NCBI GenBank assembly: GCA_943367425.1
Contig: CALRJF020000011.1
Coordinates: forward strand, 53,709 to 117,708
Length of the DNA stretch: 64,000 bases
Source: Candidatus Sulfopaludibacter sp. SbA3
Lineage (GTDB): Bacteria > Cyanobacteriota > Cyanobacteriia > PCC-6307 > Cyanobiaceae
Reading direction: 5' to 3'
The translations under genes were made by a program, and so were the position numbers. How positions within the stretch are numbered: position 1 is the stretch's first letter; every line of letters begins with the position of its first letter. Positions 11,531 through 21,984 of the stretch are shown one piece after another. The notes under the pieces are model-generated. The model saw nothing but the letters and a program-made list of their open reading frames with translations. It searched no databases and was not told the origin of the DNA.

Positions 11531-12763
11531 TCAGCTCTCCAGGGCGAAGCGCGCTTCGGCTTCGGTGAGGTTGCGGGAGAACCGCTCCAGCTGCTGGCGG
11601 ACGCTGGCGACATCGAGCTCGGCCCCCTGGGCTGCCAGGGTGGCGGGGGGCAGGGAGAGCCCGATCCGGGCGGCGGCCCGCTCCAGGTGCCGGGCGAAGC
11701 GCTGGGGTGAGTGGTCGGCAGCCGTTTCCGCACCTTGGCCGGCTCCTGAGGCGATGGCGGTTTCGGCCTCCAGCAGCAGGGCGCGCAGGGGCTGCCACTG
11801 GGGATCGTCGGCCACCAGGCGCTGCAACAGCACCAGGGCGGCCGGGGCCTCGCCGCGATGCAGGAGGGCGCGGGCCTGCTGCAGCCCCGGCCCCCGCCGG
11901 GCCTCGCGGCGCCGCATGCGGAACACCTCGACCAGCTCAGGGGGAGCTTCGGCCAGGGCCTGGCCCCAGTGGTCGAGGGCCAGGGCGATGGCGCCGGCCT
12001 CGAGGGCCTGGCGGGCGGCGATGTCCCAGTACCAGGGGTTTCGCCGGACATCGGGCGAGGCCGTGGCGATCCAGCTGGCGCAGCGGCCGGGATCGCCCCG
12101 GGTGAGGGCGAGATCGGCGGCCTTGATGCGGGCGTGGACCCAGTCGGGCGCGATGTCGGTGAGCAGCGACCAGAAGCGCAGGGCCTCGGCGGGGCTGGCG
12201 GCGATCTGCTCCTCCCCCACCAGGGAGGCCAGGAAGGGCTCGATCGGCGGAACGGCTGCGGGGCGGTGGCGGAGCAGCAGCACCAGCTCATCCAGCCCCG
12301 AACCGGCCAGAGCCTGGGTCCAGTCGGCCTGGGCCCGTTGCTGCCAGGCCTCGGCCAGGGCGATGGGATCCAGCCAGCGCCAGGCGCGGATCCGGGCCGC
12401 GAGCGCCAGGGCCTCGGCACGCTGCGCCGCGGGGGTGGCGCCGGGCTCGGGGGGAGCGGGCCAGAGCCCCCAGGGATCGGGCACCAGGGCCAGGGTGGGA
12501 TCGAGGCCATCGGCCTCGAGGAAGACCAGATCGGCCTGGTGGCCATCGCCGGCCAGCAACCAGGCCAGGCTCGCCTCCAGGGCCAGGGGCGCATCCCAGT
12601 GGGGAGTGGACCGCAGCCGCGCCAGCTGATCCCGCAACGGCTCCACCAGGCCGAAGCGGCCCAGCCAGCGCAGCTGGTCGGAGAGCTCGGAGCGGCTGGC
12701 GGCCCGTTCGCCCGGCAGCTCCTGGAGAAGTTCGGTGGCCGTGGGCCAGCTGCTGGGGTTCAC
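11531..12763 (-). CDS. TPR-like helical hypothetical protein
   Basis: 3' half of track ORF 11531..14035 reads as a real A/L/W-rich helical protein. GTG start at 12763, divergent from the next gene. Confidence 0.65.
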   Translation of the reverse strand: MNPSSWPTATELLQELPGERAASRSELSDQLRWLGRFGLVEPLRDQLARLRSTPHWDAPLALEASLAWLLAGDGHQADLVFLEADGLDPTLALVPDPWGLWPAPPEPGATPAAQRAEALALAARIRAWRWLDPIALAEAWQQRAQADWTQALAGSGLDELVLLLRHRPAAVPPIEPFLASLVGEEQIAASPAEALRFWSLLTDIAPDWVHARIKAADLALTRGDPGRCASWIATASPDVRRNPWYWDIAARQALEAGAIALALDHWGQALAEAPPELVEVFRMRRREARRGPGLQQARALLHRGEAPAALVLLQRLVADDPQWQPLRALLLEAETAIASGAGQGAETAADHSPQRFARHLERAAARIGLSLPPATLAAQGAELDVASVRQQLERFSRNLTEAEARFALES

Positions 12764-12829
12764 GGCCCTCCGAACACTGGCACCATTGTGCGGCGGTTCG
12801 CGGCGGCGGGCATCGAAGCGGTAGGGCGG

Positions 12830-14095
12830 ATGCGGAGCGGCCGGGTGGTGATCGTGGATCCGGCCTATGCCAGCAGCGTGGGCCACCACGGCGATGTGAA
12901 CGCCCAGCTGCTGGCGGCGCTGGCGGCGGACGGCTGGGCCGCCGAGTGCTGGGCCGATGGGGCGGTGGCGGCCGACGGCTGCCGCGGCGTGTTCAGCGGC
13001 TGCGGCTACGTGGATCCGCGCCACTGGGCCGATCTGGGCGGGATGGTGCACCTGGCCCGGCGGCTGGAGCAGCAGCTGCTGGCGGCCCTGGGGGGGGAGC
13101 CCGTGGCGGCCTGGGTGATGCACACGGCGCTGCCGTTCCAGCTGCTGGGGCTGGCCCGGGCGTTGCGCCAGTGCCCCGCCGCTGCGGTGATGGTGAGCCT
13201 GATGTTCGCGCCGGGCGAAACCCTGGAGGGCGACGGAAACGACGGGGCCGCCACTGGCTCGTGCCAGGTGGCGCTCAGCGCCCTGGCGCGGGCGGTGGAG
13301 CAGGGCGGCCACCGGCTGCGGCTGCGGCTGCCGAGCCGCCAGAGCCAGGAGCTCTACGCGCCGCTGCTGGCTGCGGCGGGCCTGGGCGAAGCGGAGCTGC
13401 ATCCGGCCGTGGTGGGGGCGGGGGTGCCGTTCCCGGCCGGGATCGCGGAGCCTGCCGCCGCCGGCACCCGGCCGCGGATCCTGCTGCACTGGGGCGATCT
13501 CAAAGCCGGCAAAGGCCGCAGAGAAGCCCTTGAGGTGGTGCAGCAGCTGCTCGGCGGTGGCCCGCTGCCGGCGCCGCTGCAGCAGGCGGAGTGGCTGTTC
13601 CAGCTGCACAGCCACGATCCCCTGCCGGCAGCGGAGCGCGCCTGCCTCGAACGGGCCAGGGAGCAGATCAATGGCTTCCAGTGGCTGAACGAGCGGGTGG
13701 AGACGGGGCAGATGCAGGCGCTGCTGGCCGGCTGCGACGCGGCCCTGCTGGCCTACGACCCGGTGCTCTACCGGCAACGCAGCTCGGGGCTGCTGTGGTG
13801 CTTCGGCGCTGCGCGCTGGAGCAGCGGCCGGCCGGCGGCGGTGGTGGGCCGGGAGGGGGGCTGGCTGGAGCGCGAAGCCAGGGATCTGGGCCTGGGCTGG
13901 CGCAGCGGCCGCGATGGCCAGTGGCTGGAGGACCTGGCGGCAGCGGTGGCGGAGAGCCGCGCCGGGGACGCCAGCGCCAACGAACGGTTCACGCCCTACG
14001 GCCAACGGATGCTGGGGGAGGGGTTCGCGAGCCATGTGGCCGGTCTGCTCCGGGACCTGCGGGCCCCGGAGGGCCAGACGACCGAGCAGGGCTAA
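12830..14095 (+). CDS. putative GT-B fold glycosyltransferase
   Basis: VVIVDPAYASSVGHH N-terminus, ILLHWGDLKAGKG, ALLAYDPVLYRQRSSG (similar to YxxRxSG motifs of GT4-like enzymes). Confidence 0.65.
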   Translation: MRSGRVVIVDPAYASSVGHHGDVNAQLLAALAADGWAAECWADGAVAADGCRGVFSGCGYVDPRHWADLGGMVHLARRLEQQLLAALGGEPVAAWVMHTALPFQLLGLARALRQCPAAAVMVSLMFAPGETLEGDGNDGAATGSCQVALSALARAVEQGGHRLRLRLPSRQSQELYAPLLAAAGLGEAELHPAVVGAGVPFPAGIAEPAAAGTRPRILLHWGDLKAGKGRREALEVVQQLLGGGPLPAPLQQAEWLFQLHSHDPLPAAERACLERAREQINGFQWLNERVETGQMQALLAGCDAALLAYDPVLYRQRSSGLLWCFGAARWSSGRPAAVVGREGGWLEREARDLGLGWRSGRDGQWLEDLAAAVAESRAGDASANERFTPYGQRMLGEGFASHVAGLLRDLRAPEGQTTEQG

Positions 14096-14337
14096 GCCTT
14101 GAAAACAGCGACAATACGGACTTCACTGATTTCCAAGGATTGCAGCTCCGCGACTGGTATTCCGAGCCATTTATCATCCCTTCCGCCTGGATCTAAGGCC
14201 TGTAGGGATGGAACATTGTTAGAGGATTGGCTGAGAAGTTCGAACGCTGACACAACTGTTCAGTTTGAACCCGCCCAACGGGTGGACGATCGTTAAGTTC
14301 CTGGCGATGCTGCAAGGCCACCGGCCCCAACGATCCC

Positions 14338-15480
14338 ATGCCCAAAACTGCCCTGATCACCGGCATCACGGGCCAGGACGGCAGCTATCTCGCTGAACTG
14401 CTGCTGGAGAAGGGCTATGTGGTGCATGGCATCAAGCGGCGGGCCAGCAGCTTCAACACCCATCGGATCGATCACCTGTATCAGGATCCCCACGAGAGTG
14501 ATCCGCGGCTGGTGCTGCACTACGGCGATCTCACCGACAGCACCAATTTGATCCGCATCGTGCAGCAGGTGCAGCCCGATGAGATCTACAACCTCGGCGC
14601 CCAGAGCCATGTGGCGGTGAGCTTCGAGAGCCCGGAATACACCGCCAACAGCGATGCCCTGGGGACGCTTCGCATCCTGGAAGCTGTGAGAATTCTTGGA
14701 CTCACAGAAAAGACCAGGATCTACCAGGCCAGCACCAGTGAGCTTTACGGACTGGTGCAGGAAATCCCCCAGAAGGAAACCACCCCCTTCTATCCGCGCA
14801 GCCCCTATGGGGTGGCGAAGATGTATGCCTACTGGATCACGGTGAACTACCGCGAGTCCTACGGGATGTATGCCTGCAATGGAATCCTTTTCAACCACGA
14901 AAGCCCCCGCCGCGGCGAAACCTTCGTGACCCGCAAGATCACCCGCGGCCTGGCCCGCATCGATGCCGGACTCGACGATTGCCTGTTCATGGGCAACCTC
15001 GATTCCCTGCGCGACTGGGGCCACGCCCGGGATTACGTGGAGATGCAGTGGCGGATGCTGCAGCAGGAGAACCCAGAGGATTTCGTGATCGCCACCGGCC
15101 GGCAGGAGAGCGTGCGACGGTTCATCGAACTGGCGGCCCGGGAGCTGGGCTGGGGCGGCATTGAATGGAGCGGTGAAGGGCTCCAGGAGCAGGGTCGTCG
15201 TGCCGGCAGCGATGAGGTGGTGGTGCGGATCGATCCGCGCTACTTCCGGCCGGCGGAAGTGGAAACGCTGCTGGGCGATCCCAGCAAGGCCCACGACAAG
15301 CTCGGCTGGACGCCTACCACAACCCTGGAGGAACTGGTGGCGGAGATGGTGGCGGCCGACAAGGAGGAGGCGAAGAAGGAGGCGTTACTGCGGCTAAAGG
15401 GCTTCAATGTGGTGGGCTCGATGGAGAACCCTCCCACCAATCCCCATTCCATGGAGCGCTCCAGGGGAGGTCTTGGTTGA
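14338..15480 (+). CDS. gmd: GDP-mannose 4,6-dehydratase
   Basis: [67 protein letters not shown]. Confidence 0.98.
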   Translation: MPKTALITGITGQDGSYLAELLLEKGYVVHGIKRRASSFNTHRIDHLYQDPHESDPRLVLHYGDLTDSTNLIRIVQQVQPDEIYNLGAQSHVAVSFESPEYTANSDALGTLRILEAVRILGLTEKTRIYQASTSELYGLVQEIPQKETTPFYPRSPYGVAKMYAYWITVNYRESYGMYACNGILFNHESPRRGETFVTRKITRGLARIDAGLDDCLFMGNLDSLRDWGHARDYVEMQWRMLQQENPEDFVIATGRQESVRRFIELAARELGWGGIEWSGEGLQEQGRRAGSDEVVVRIDPRYFRPAEVETLLGDPSKAHDKLGWTPTTTLEELVAEMVAADKEEAKKEALLRLKGFNVVGSMENPPTNPHSMERSRGGLG

Positions 15481-16034
15481 TGGCTGCACCCGACAACGGG
15501 AAGATGATTATGCTCAATGATCAGATCTGCGTTGCGTGCCATCGGAGAATAGTCGGTAGCAACATCTATCGTGCAATGCCAATAAAGAGACACGCGCGTA
15601 TCTTGTCTGCGCCAACCCAAGAACCACTAGTTCCAAAGAATGAGCAGAAGACAAAGGAGAGAGAGATTCCCACACATGAAATCAATATGGATTCCCTTCG
15701 GATCCTCAATGCAAACATCAACTCTCATGCCGGTCTATGCAAATTTGTCAAAAACGCTGCTATGTCTTTTCGATATACGACAAAGATTCGGGCAGATGAA
15801 AAAAAGCTTTGGGAATTAGCGAATATTCAGCCAGGCGCAATATGCCCCAAAGTTCTAGGCGAATTTCCCATCTTGACTTCCAATAACTTAGTTGCGGCAA
15901 TCAATTTTACTCCAAGAAAAACCAGAAGACTGCAAAGAATAATTAGATTTCTTCATGCCAAGTTGCAACAGAGAAATTATTCAATGGCCCCATCGCCACG
16001 TTACTTACCATGGCTTCACCCAGAACACTTGTAG
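15477..16034 (+). pseudogene. highly diverged, truncated GDP-L-fucose synthase (fcl)-derived ORF
   Basis: Directly after gmd. DQICVACHRRIVGSNIYRAM resembles Fcl DxIFVAGHRGMxGSAIVRAL. AICPK..FPI resembles SCIYPK..QPI at the expected distance. Ends in HPEH. Catalytic YxxxK not recognisable. Confidence 0.65.
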
Positions 16035-16091
16035 GTCCATGCACCCGCAAGCCGTCTTCCAAAGACTTATCACACCCAATGAACCTCAAAG

Positions 16092-18068
16092 ATGACCAAG
16101 AGCAACGTATTCAAAATTGTAACTCCTACACGAAATTCCGAATTAACACTTGACAAAACCATAAGGAGCATTCTATGCCAAGACTTCGAAGGAAAAATAA
16201 GATATCACATACAAGACTGCTTATCATCTGATGGCACAATTGATATCGCTCAAAAATGGAAAGAGACACTTCAAGAAAACGGAAACTTTCTTGGGAATGC
16301 TTCTGTAGAAATCTCAATTGACAGTCGTGGCGACAAAGGCATGTATGATGCAATAAATCATGGCTTTCATCAGTTAGGGATTAACGAAGACGAGGATGCA
16401 TGGCTGACATGGATCAACTCAGATGACATCATGTGCAAATATGCCTTAAAAGTTGTCGATAAGATATCGCACTCCAGCAAATCTACTAGATGGATTGGAG
16501 GAAGTGCAGCAGTGATGATAAATGACATTCCAGTTTCAATTAACGAAAGAAGATTATGCTCAGATTTCTTACGAGAAGGTCTGGCAGATGGAATGTTTTG
16601 TGATTTTGTTCAGCAGGAGGGTACATTCTTCAAGCAAAGTTTGTACAAAGATGCCGGAAAAGGCAACGCCTTTGGGGGGCTCAGATATGCAGGTGACTGG
16701 AATCTATGGAGAATGTTTGCCTATAGGGCCGAGATAATACAGGTTAAGTGCTTACCCCTCGCCTACTTTGTTATATCCAACAATCAACTAAGCAAGACCT
16801 TCAGAGAAAAGTACAATGACGAAATAGCTAGCAAGATTTCCATAGACAAACGAAGGACCGCAGCAGAGTCACTACTTGACAAGAACCTCATCTTTTATCA
16901 GGCTCATTTTCAGTGGGACACATCGGATGTTTCGATAACCAAGAGTTATGACAGCATCCCATTCAGAGAATCAGCTTTTCGGTGCAGCTATGTCCATAAC
17001 GAATCCAATGCACATCTGCCAAGACCAACGGATACGAGCGACAAAATAGACAATATTAGCGGTCCTATATTGCGTAGTCAGAATATACTAGTATTCAAGT
17101 CGCATTGGCAATATCCTGCCATAACAGAAAAGAAGGCAGCACAGCTGTCCATTAGGGTGCTTCATGGGTTTGAGCATGTTGGCTACATTGGCTTTCCCTG
17201 GGCATCACTCATTGATTTATTGAATGCAGGCAAGCCTGAAGCACAAGACTTGCTATTAATACTACAAGCTGGCATTAAAGACTTCAAGAATGAATACAAG
17301 CGGATTTTTTCAGTTTGCCAGCACATACACGCATTGAGATACCCAAATCTATTTATAGATGCAGGAATAACTGATTTGTTTTGGAGCCACCTTGCCAAGA
17401 GGAAATATACTACTAAGTTTAAACTGCATCCATTTCCACTTTATGCTGTTAATTATAGTCAAGAATGGAAAAAATGGCATCAAAGGGCTTATGACGTAAA
17501 CTTTGTAGGAGCTCAAGCAGCCAATTGGTACATGACGCAAACCCGGAATTATATTCTCACTGAGCTAGAGGCATCTGAAAGATGCGTTATCACTGGCAAT
17601 CTTGAATGGTTCTTTAATGATGTCGTTTATAAAAAGCAGATATCTGGCGATAGTCAAGCAGCTGATGACGACAATCAGAAGGCGAAAGCCGCTTCCTTTG
17701 CTAAGCTTCTAGGTGAATCTGTGTTTACTCTTTGTCCGTCGGGGACTGGTCCAAATACGTTAAGACTGTGGGAAGCAATTGCGAGCGGCTCAATACCAAT
17801 TATTTTATCTGATCAATGGAGAGTACCTGGTGATTTTGCTTACTGGAATCAAGCATGTATATTCTTGCCTGATAGCATGGAGGGAGTGCGCCAAATTGCA
17901 CCTTTGATTCGTAGCTTATTCTTGAATCCCAGAAAAATAGCAAAGATGCAGGAGTCGCTTAAGGACCTTTTTCTCCTATACGGCCCTGATACGTTCATTA
18001 GCGATATATATATGGCGGCTTCCCGCTATGACAACATTCTTTGCTCACTTGATTCAAACAAGTATTAG
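16092..18068 (+). CDS. GT2 + exostosin (GT47)-like fused glycosyltransferase
   Basis: N-terminal IVTPTRNSE, IQDCLSSDGT, GMYDAINHGF, WINSDD (GT2). C-terminal FTLCPSGTGPNTLRLWEAIASGSIPIILSD (exostosin motif). AT-rich. Confidence 0.85.
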   Translation: MTKSNVFKIVTPTRNSELTLDKTIRSILCQDFEGKIRYHIQDCLSSDGTIDIAQKWKETLQENGNFLGNASVEISIDSRGDKGMYDAINHGFHQLGINEDEDAWLTWINSDDIMCKYALKVVDKISHSSKSTRWIGGSAAVMINDIPVSINERRLCSDFLREGLADGMFCDFVQQEGTFFKQSLYKDAGKGNAFGGLRYAGDWNLWRMFAYRAEIIQVKCLPLAYFVISNNQLSKTFREKYNDEIASKISIDKRRTAAESLLDKNLIFYQAHFQWDTSDVSITKSYDSIPFRESAFRCSYVHNESNAHLPRPTDTSDKIDNISGPILRSQNILVFKSHWQYPAITEKKAAQLSIRVLHGFEHVGYIGFPWASLIDLLNAGKPEAQDLLLILQAGIKDFKNEYKRIFSVCQHIHALRYPNLFIDAGITDLFWSHLAKRKYTTKFKLHPFPLYAVNYSQEWKKWHQRAYDVNFVGAQAANWYMTQTRNYILTELEASERCVITGNLEWFFNDVVYKKQISGDSQAADDDNQKAKAASFAKLLGESVFTLCPSGTGPNTLRLWEAIASGSIPIILSDQWRVPGDFAYWNQACIFLPDSMEGVRQIAPLIRSLFLNPRKIAKMQESLKDLFLLYGPDTFISDIYMAASRYDNILCSLDSNKY

Positions 18069-18073
18069 TCCAT

Positions 18074-19108
18074 ATGTCTTCTTCTGCAAGACCAAGAATA
18101 CATCTTCTTGGCAAGCACTGCCACCGAACCCCTTTTGCCTACAGGCTCTACAGGCATCTTCTCTCACGGTACTTTGAGTATAGAGATTCGATCTTTGATG
18201 CAGACTTCATCATTCTAGGTTTTTCGCGAGACATTGCAGAGAATTGCTTTCAAATCAGCAAGGCATTAGAAAGAAATCAGAAAGCCAAGTTGATCGTCAT
18301 ATCAGAGGAGCCACTCTGGGTCACTATGTGGAGTGAACATAAAAGCAATAACGCAACCACTATCCTGCGAGATTCATCATCTGGAATTGAATATTTTCAA
18401 CTTTCATGTCTTAATTCCGATTTATTCGCAGATCTACCGGTTCCATACTTTATAACGACTGAAGAAAAATATCTGGCGAGATACTCTACACTTCTATCGC
18501 GAAACACAACCCTTTCGACCAAGGATGTGGTGGATATATGGACTCAGTGTAAATACAAATATGCATATATCGGAGAAAAGCGTCAAGAAGCAATGAGCGT
18601 GCCAGATCAGTCGAATCCGCACGGTTATCCATTGTCAACCTACCGAACTCTCCTAGCAGAACATGTTAAGTCAGAAAAGCTAGTTCACGGATTAGGCTGG
18701 AAATCTGAGCGTACACCTCGCCAAGCGCTACCTGATTGGCATCTCAATAAGTTAAGCACACTGCACGCTTCAAGTCCATACATTTCAGCAATAGAGAATA
18801 CATATGTCAGCTCATATGTCACAGAAAAACCCTTTGATGCTTTGGCTTCTTTAGCAATACCTGTCGTTTGGGCACCAGATTGTTCAGAGCTCTATCACTT
18901 TATTCCCCAACAAGCTACTCTACAGCTCTATCCTCATAACCCGTCAGCTGCTGCCGAGTTGATCGACTCTTCAATACCATCGGAAGAACACGCAAGTATC
19001 CTAATTGACACTTCAAAACGCTTGCTATACAACAAGCTTACTCCACCACAAATAAACCAGTCTCGACGACAACTAGTCGATAGGTTGGTCAACTTTCTAT
19101 CTCTATAA
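18074..19108 (+). CDS. GT10 (alpha-1,3-fucosyltransferase)-like glycosyltransferase
   Basis: YISAIENTYVSSYVTEKPFDALASLAIPVVW matches the GT10 signature (F.ENS....Y.TEK...A.....PVV). Confidence 0.65.
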   Translation: MSSSARPRIHLLGKHCHRTPFAYRLYRHLLSRYFEYRDSIFDADFIILGFSRDIAENCFQISKALERNQKAKLIVISEEPLWVTMWSEHKSNNATTILRDSSSGIEYFQLSCLNSDLFADLPVPYFITTEEKYLARYSTLLSRNTTLSTKDVVDIWTQCKYKYAYIGEKRQEAMSVPDQSNPHGYPLSTYRTLLAEHVKSEKLVHGLGWKSERTPRQALPDWHLNKLSTLHASSPYISAIENTYVSSYVTEKPFDALASLAIPVVWAPDCSELYHFIPQQATLQLYPHNPSAAAELIDSSIPSEEHASILIDTSKRLLYNKLTPPQINQSRRQLVDRLVNFLSL

Positions 19109-19277
19109 AGACGCACATTAAGCTACTCCTTAATGTATCCACGATATGCAAATAGTGCAGCGACGGCGCCTTGACTATCAGCTCTATGGAGGCCAGAGCA
19201 ACTTAAACACATGGGCAATCAGCACAAGCCAGTTTATGCTGAGAAATGTGCTAACGTAAATCAGCTGTCTAAAAAAT

Positions 19278-19976
19278 ATGAATCTGGTGACATCTCATAA
19301 ACTTCCCATCAGCCTGCTCCCAGCTCCTCTTGGTCAAAATATCGCAACTTGGGCCATCCTAAATCCACAATTTAACCAAACTTATTTTGATGACTCCCAA
19401 ATGGAGTCTTGGATTAATGATAATTTATCGAAGCGGCTAATTAATGCATTCAAGCTTTTAAATACTGGAGCTGGCAAAGCCGACTTTTTCAGAATTGCTT
19501 TTATCAATAATTGCGGTGGCATATGGCATGACGCAGATTTACCCGCCTTTGATTTGCTGGCTCAAAGAAGTGACTTAATTGAAGTTTTAAAAAGCCATGA
19601 ATTGACACTAGTTCATAATCGCCATGGCGGGTTTAGGTATACCCTTATTGGCGGGCAGAGATCCTGTCTTTTATTGTCAGAGTTTTTAGACTACTTGGCT
19701 CAAGTTATTATAGACGAAAGCCTATGCCCTTCGGGCATAAAGACTATTGAGCTAACTGGGCCAATTTCTTTCATTCGCTTTTGTAATGACATCAAAGGCC
19801 TGAGCATTAAGTCCGGTGATGTATTTCGTCTTCTCAATCGAGAAATGATATGCATAAATGATATCGTCCCGGACAAAGGAGGCCAATCTGTTGAAAACAC
19901 AATTCCCGAGTATAGAAGATGCCTTGATGAAATGGGTGTTGAATACCATTACAACGCAAAAGCGACAATTGACTGA
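19278..19976 (+). CDS. GT32 (DxD sugar-binding) glycosyltransferase
   Basis: IATWAILNPQF..YFDD, KADFFRIAFINNCGGIWHDAD (GT32 D..R...L...GG.Y.D.D), LTGP. Confidence 0.8.
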   Translation: MNLVTSHKLPISLLPAPLGQNIATWAILNPQFNQTYFDDSQMESWINDNLSKRLINAFKLLNTGAGKADFFRIAFINNCGGIWHDADLPAFDLLAQRSDLIEVLKSHELTLVHNRHGGFRYTLIGGQRSCLLLSEFLDYLAQVIIDESLCPSGIKTIELTGPISFIRFCNDIKGLSIKSGDVFRLLNREMICINDIVPDKGGQSVENTIPEYRRCLDEMGVEYHYNAKATID

Positions 19977-20792
19977 GCCTTACAGACAGATCACTTGCAA
20001 ATACTGGGTTACTCTTGGAATATTGCGCAACAATTAACATGAAGCCGCAGTTATTGATCAAAATTTGAATTAAGGCAGGGCGAAGTCAGGAACTGCTTAG
20101 CCGTGGCGAAATTGGCTGTCTCCAAAAAGCTGGCGATGGGCAATGATGCTTCGCTGGGAATCGGTGGCTTCGTTGTAACAATAACCTGATTTCTCCCGCG
20201 GGCACGATCCCTAAAGTCTTCAACTGGCCCGCCTCTGCTGCTGCCGGTACTGCTTCCACTCTGGCGCATATGGTGTCAGTATCCTGGATTACATGGTCAG
20301 CCGCCGCAACAACAGCAGGATAGATGTTGCTGCTGATCGGCTCCAGTGGGCCCCCGCAGGATCCACCCAGATCTGACGCATCTGTTCGGCCAAAATGATA
20401 AGGTGGCCTTCGTGCAGATCAACTGTGGCGATTCAAAGCCAAGCAGCCCATCCAGGCAGTGTTGGGTCAGCTTAAAGAAATAGTCCTCAATGCTGCGTGC
20501 AATGACCCAGTACTTCTAAGGCTACAATTCGAGACAGAATCCACATTGGAGAGCCAACACCGCTGCTGAGGATGACTGGAACCAGAGAGCGCTAGATTCA
20601 CCCCGCCACCGAAGCGGTAGTCATAGGTCAGAAGTAATGTCGCAACCAGATGGATCGTCGGTACTCCAAAATTCGCCCCAATATGCTCCACAACTGGATT
20701 TGAAGGCAGATTCATTCAGGCCATCACCGCCGAAGCGGGAAATCAGATAGCGCCAACATTGCAGAGATACCTCCCCACTGGCCTTCCTAAAC

Positions 20793-21935
20793 GTGCCGGC
20801 TCCAGACACTGACACCGTTCGCCGCCTTTCTCTAGCTGGTGATCCCGCCGCGGCTCGTATTTTGTGGCGTCGTCTGGTCGCGGCAGCACCGAGTCTAGAT
20901 CCAGCACTCACCGTCCTCGGCGCCGAGCTTAGCTGGTCATTTGGGCACTTCAGCGAATGTCTTCCACAACTGGGATGCTTGCCCACAGTCGAGGACTGTC
21001 CCCTGGATATGTCCGATCTGTTCCCTAAGGGAACTGACCTCGCTAAGCGCCATGGCGGTGAAGAATGGCTGCATGCGCTCTGTAATCAACTGCGTATTCA
21101 CAAACAGATCCGGGCCGCCGAGCAATTGCGCCAACAGGTTGGCAAACCCTGGGCTGGCTTCGAGCCGGCAGTGGTGCGAACCCTGCACCATGTCGCTTGC
21201 AGCGGCGGCACTCTGATCAGTCGTTGTCTAGCGGCTCTGCCGGGCGTGGTCGTACTTAGCGAGCTGAATCCTACAAACCGTTACGGCCCAGCCTTTAACC
21301 CTAGCCATCCCCTAGGGTTGTATGCACTCCAGGCAGATCCTCTACCGCTGGAGGTGATAGAAGCCGAATTTGTCAGCCAGATCACGCAAGTGCTGGCCCT
21401 CTGCGAGACGCGCGGATCGGCCCTCGTGATCCGAGACCACAGCCATTCCGACTTTTTCCTCGGCACATCCGTGGCGCAGTTACAGCCCGTGCGGAATTGG
21501 TTGGCGCCTCGCCATCCCCTGCTTTCGGTTGTGACACTTAGACATCCGCTCGACAGCTGGCTCGGCCTGATAGCTGCCGGCTGGCATTCCCAACTGGAGC
21601 CTGCCAATTTGCGCTCCTACTGCAATCGCTACCAGGCCTTCCTCGACGCCTACGAAGACCTCGACTGGATCCACTACGAAAGCTTCTGCAGGCAACCAGA
21701 GCCCGTATTTCGTGAACTCTGCGATGTCCTTTGCCTTCCCTGCGACACAACAGCGCTTGATCGATTCGCCTCGATTAAGCTCAGTGGAGACAGCGGCCGA
21801 TGCTCCAGTCGCATCGAGTCGCGTCCTCGCCGAACCCTGCCCGAAGCAGTGCGCAAAGAACTTGCCGATCCCGCAACATCAGAGTCACTTCGGCAACTCT
21901 GCGGCCGGATGGGCTATCCAGCGAAGCTGGATTGA
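20793..21935 (+). CDS. sulfotransferase-like protein
   Basis: HHVACSGGTLISRCL..VLSELNP (5'-PAPS loop-like) and LRHPLDSWLG (3'-PB-like) in the C-terminal two thirds. Confidence 0.55.
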   Translation: MPAPDTDTVRRLSLAGDPAAARILWRRLVAAAPSLDPALTVLGAELSWSFGHFSECLPQLGCLPTVEDCPLDMSDLFPKGTDLAKRHGGEEWLHALCNQLRIHKQIRAAEQLRQQVGKPWAGFEPAVVRTLHHVACSGGTLISRCLAALPGVVVLSELNPTNRYGPAFNPSHPLGLYALQADPLPLEVIEAEFVSQITQVLALCETRGSALVIRDHSHSDFFLGTSVAQLQPVRNWLAPRHPLLSVVTLRHPLDSWLGLIAAGWHSQLEPANLRSYCNRYQAFLDAYEDLDWIHYESFCRQPEPVFRELCDVLCLPCDTTALDRFASIKLSGDSGRCSSRIESRPRRTLPEAVRKELADPATSESLRQLCGRMGYPAKLD

Positions 21936-21984
21936 GTATAGCTTAGCCAAGCACATACCAGACGTCCAACTGAGGCTTCTGTCG

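Noticed and set aside
11531-14095. 834-aa (-) and 745-aa (+) track ORFs overlapping each other by over 2 kb
   Set aside because: Each is a real gene plus an antisense read-through of its divergent neighbour; resolved as 12763..11531 and 12830..14095.
19977-20792. ~800-nt gap with short ORFs on both strands
   Set aside because: No recognisable protein motif, RNA structure or repeat in my partial translations; possibly decayed coding DNA, but unsupported.
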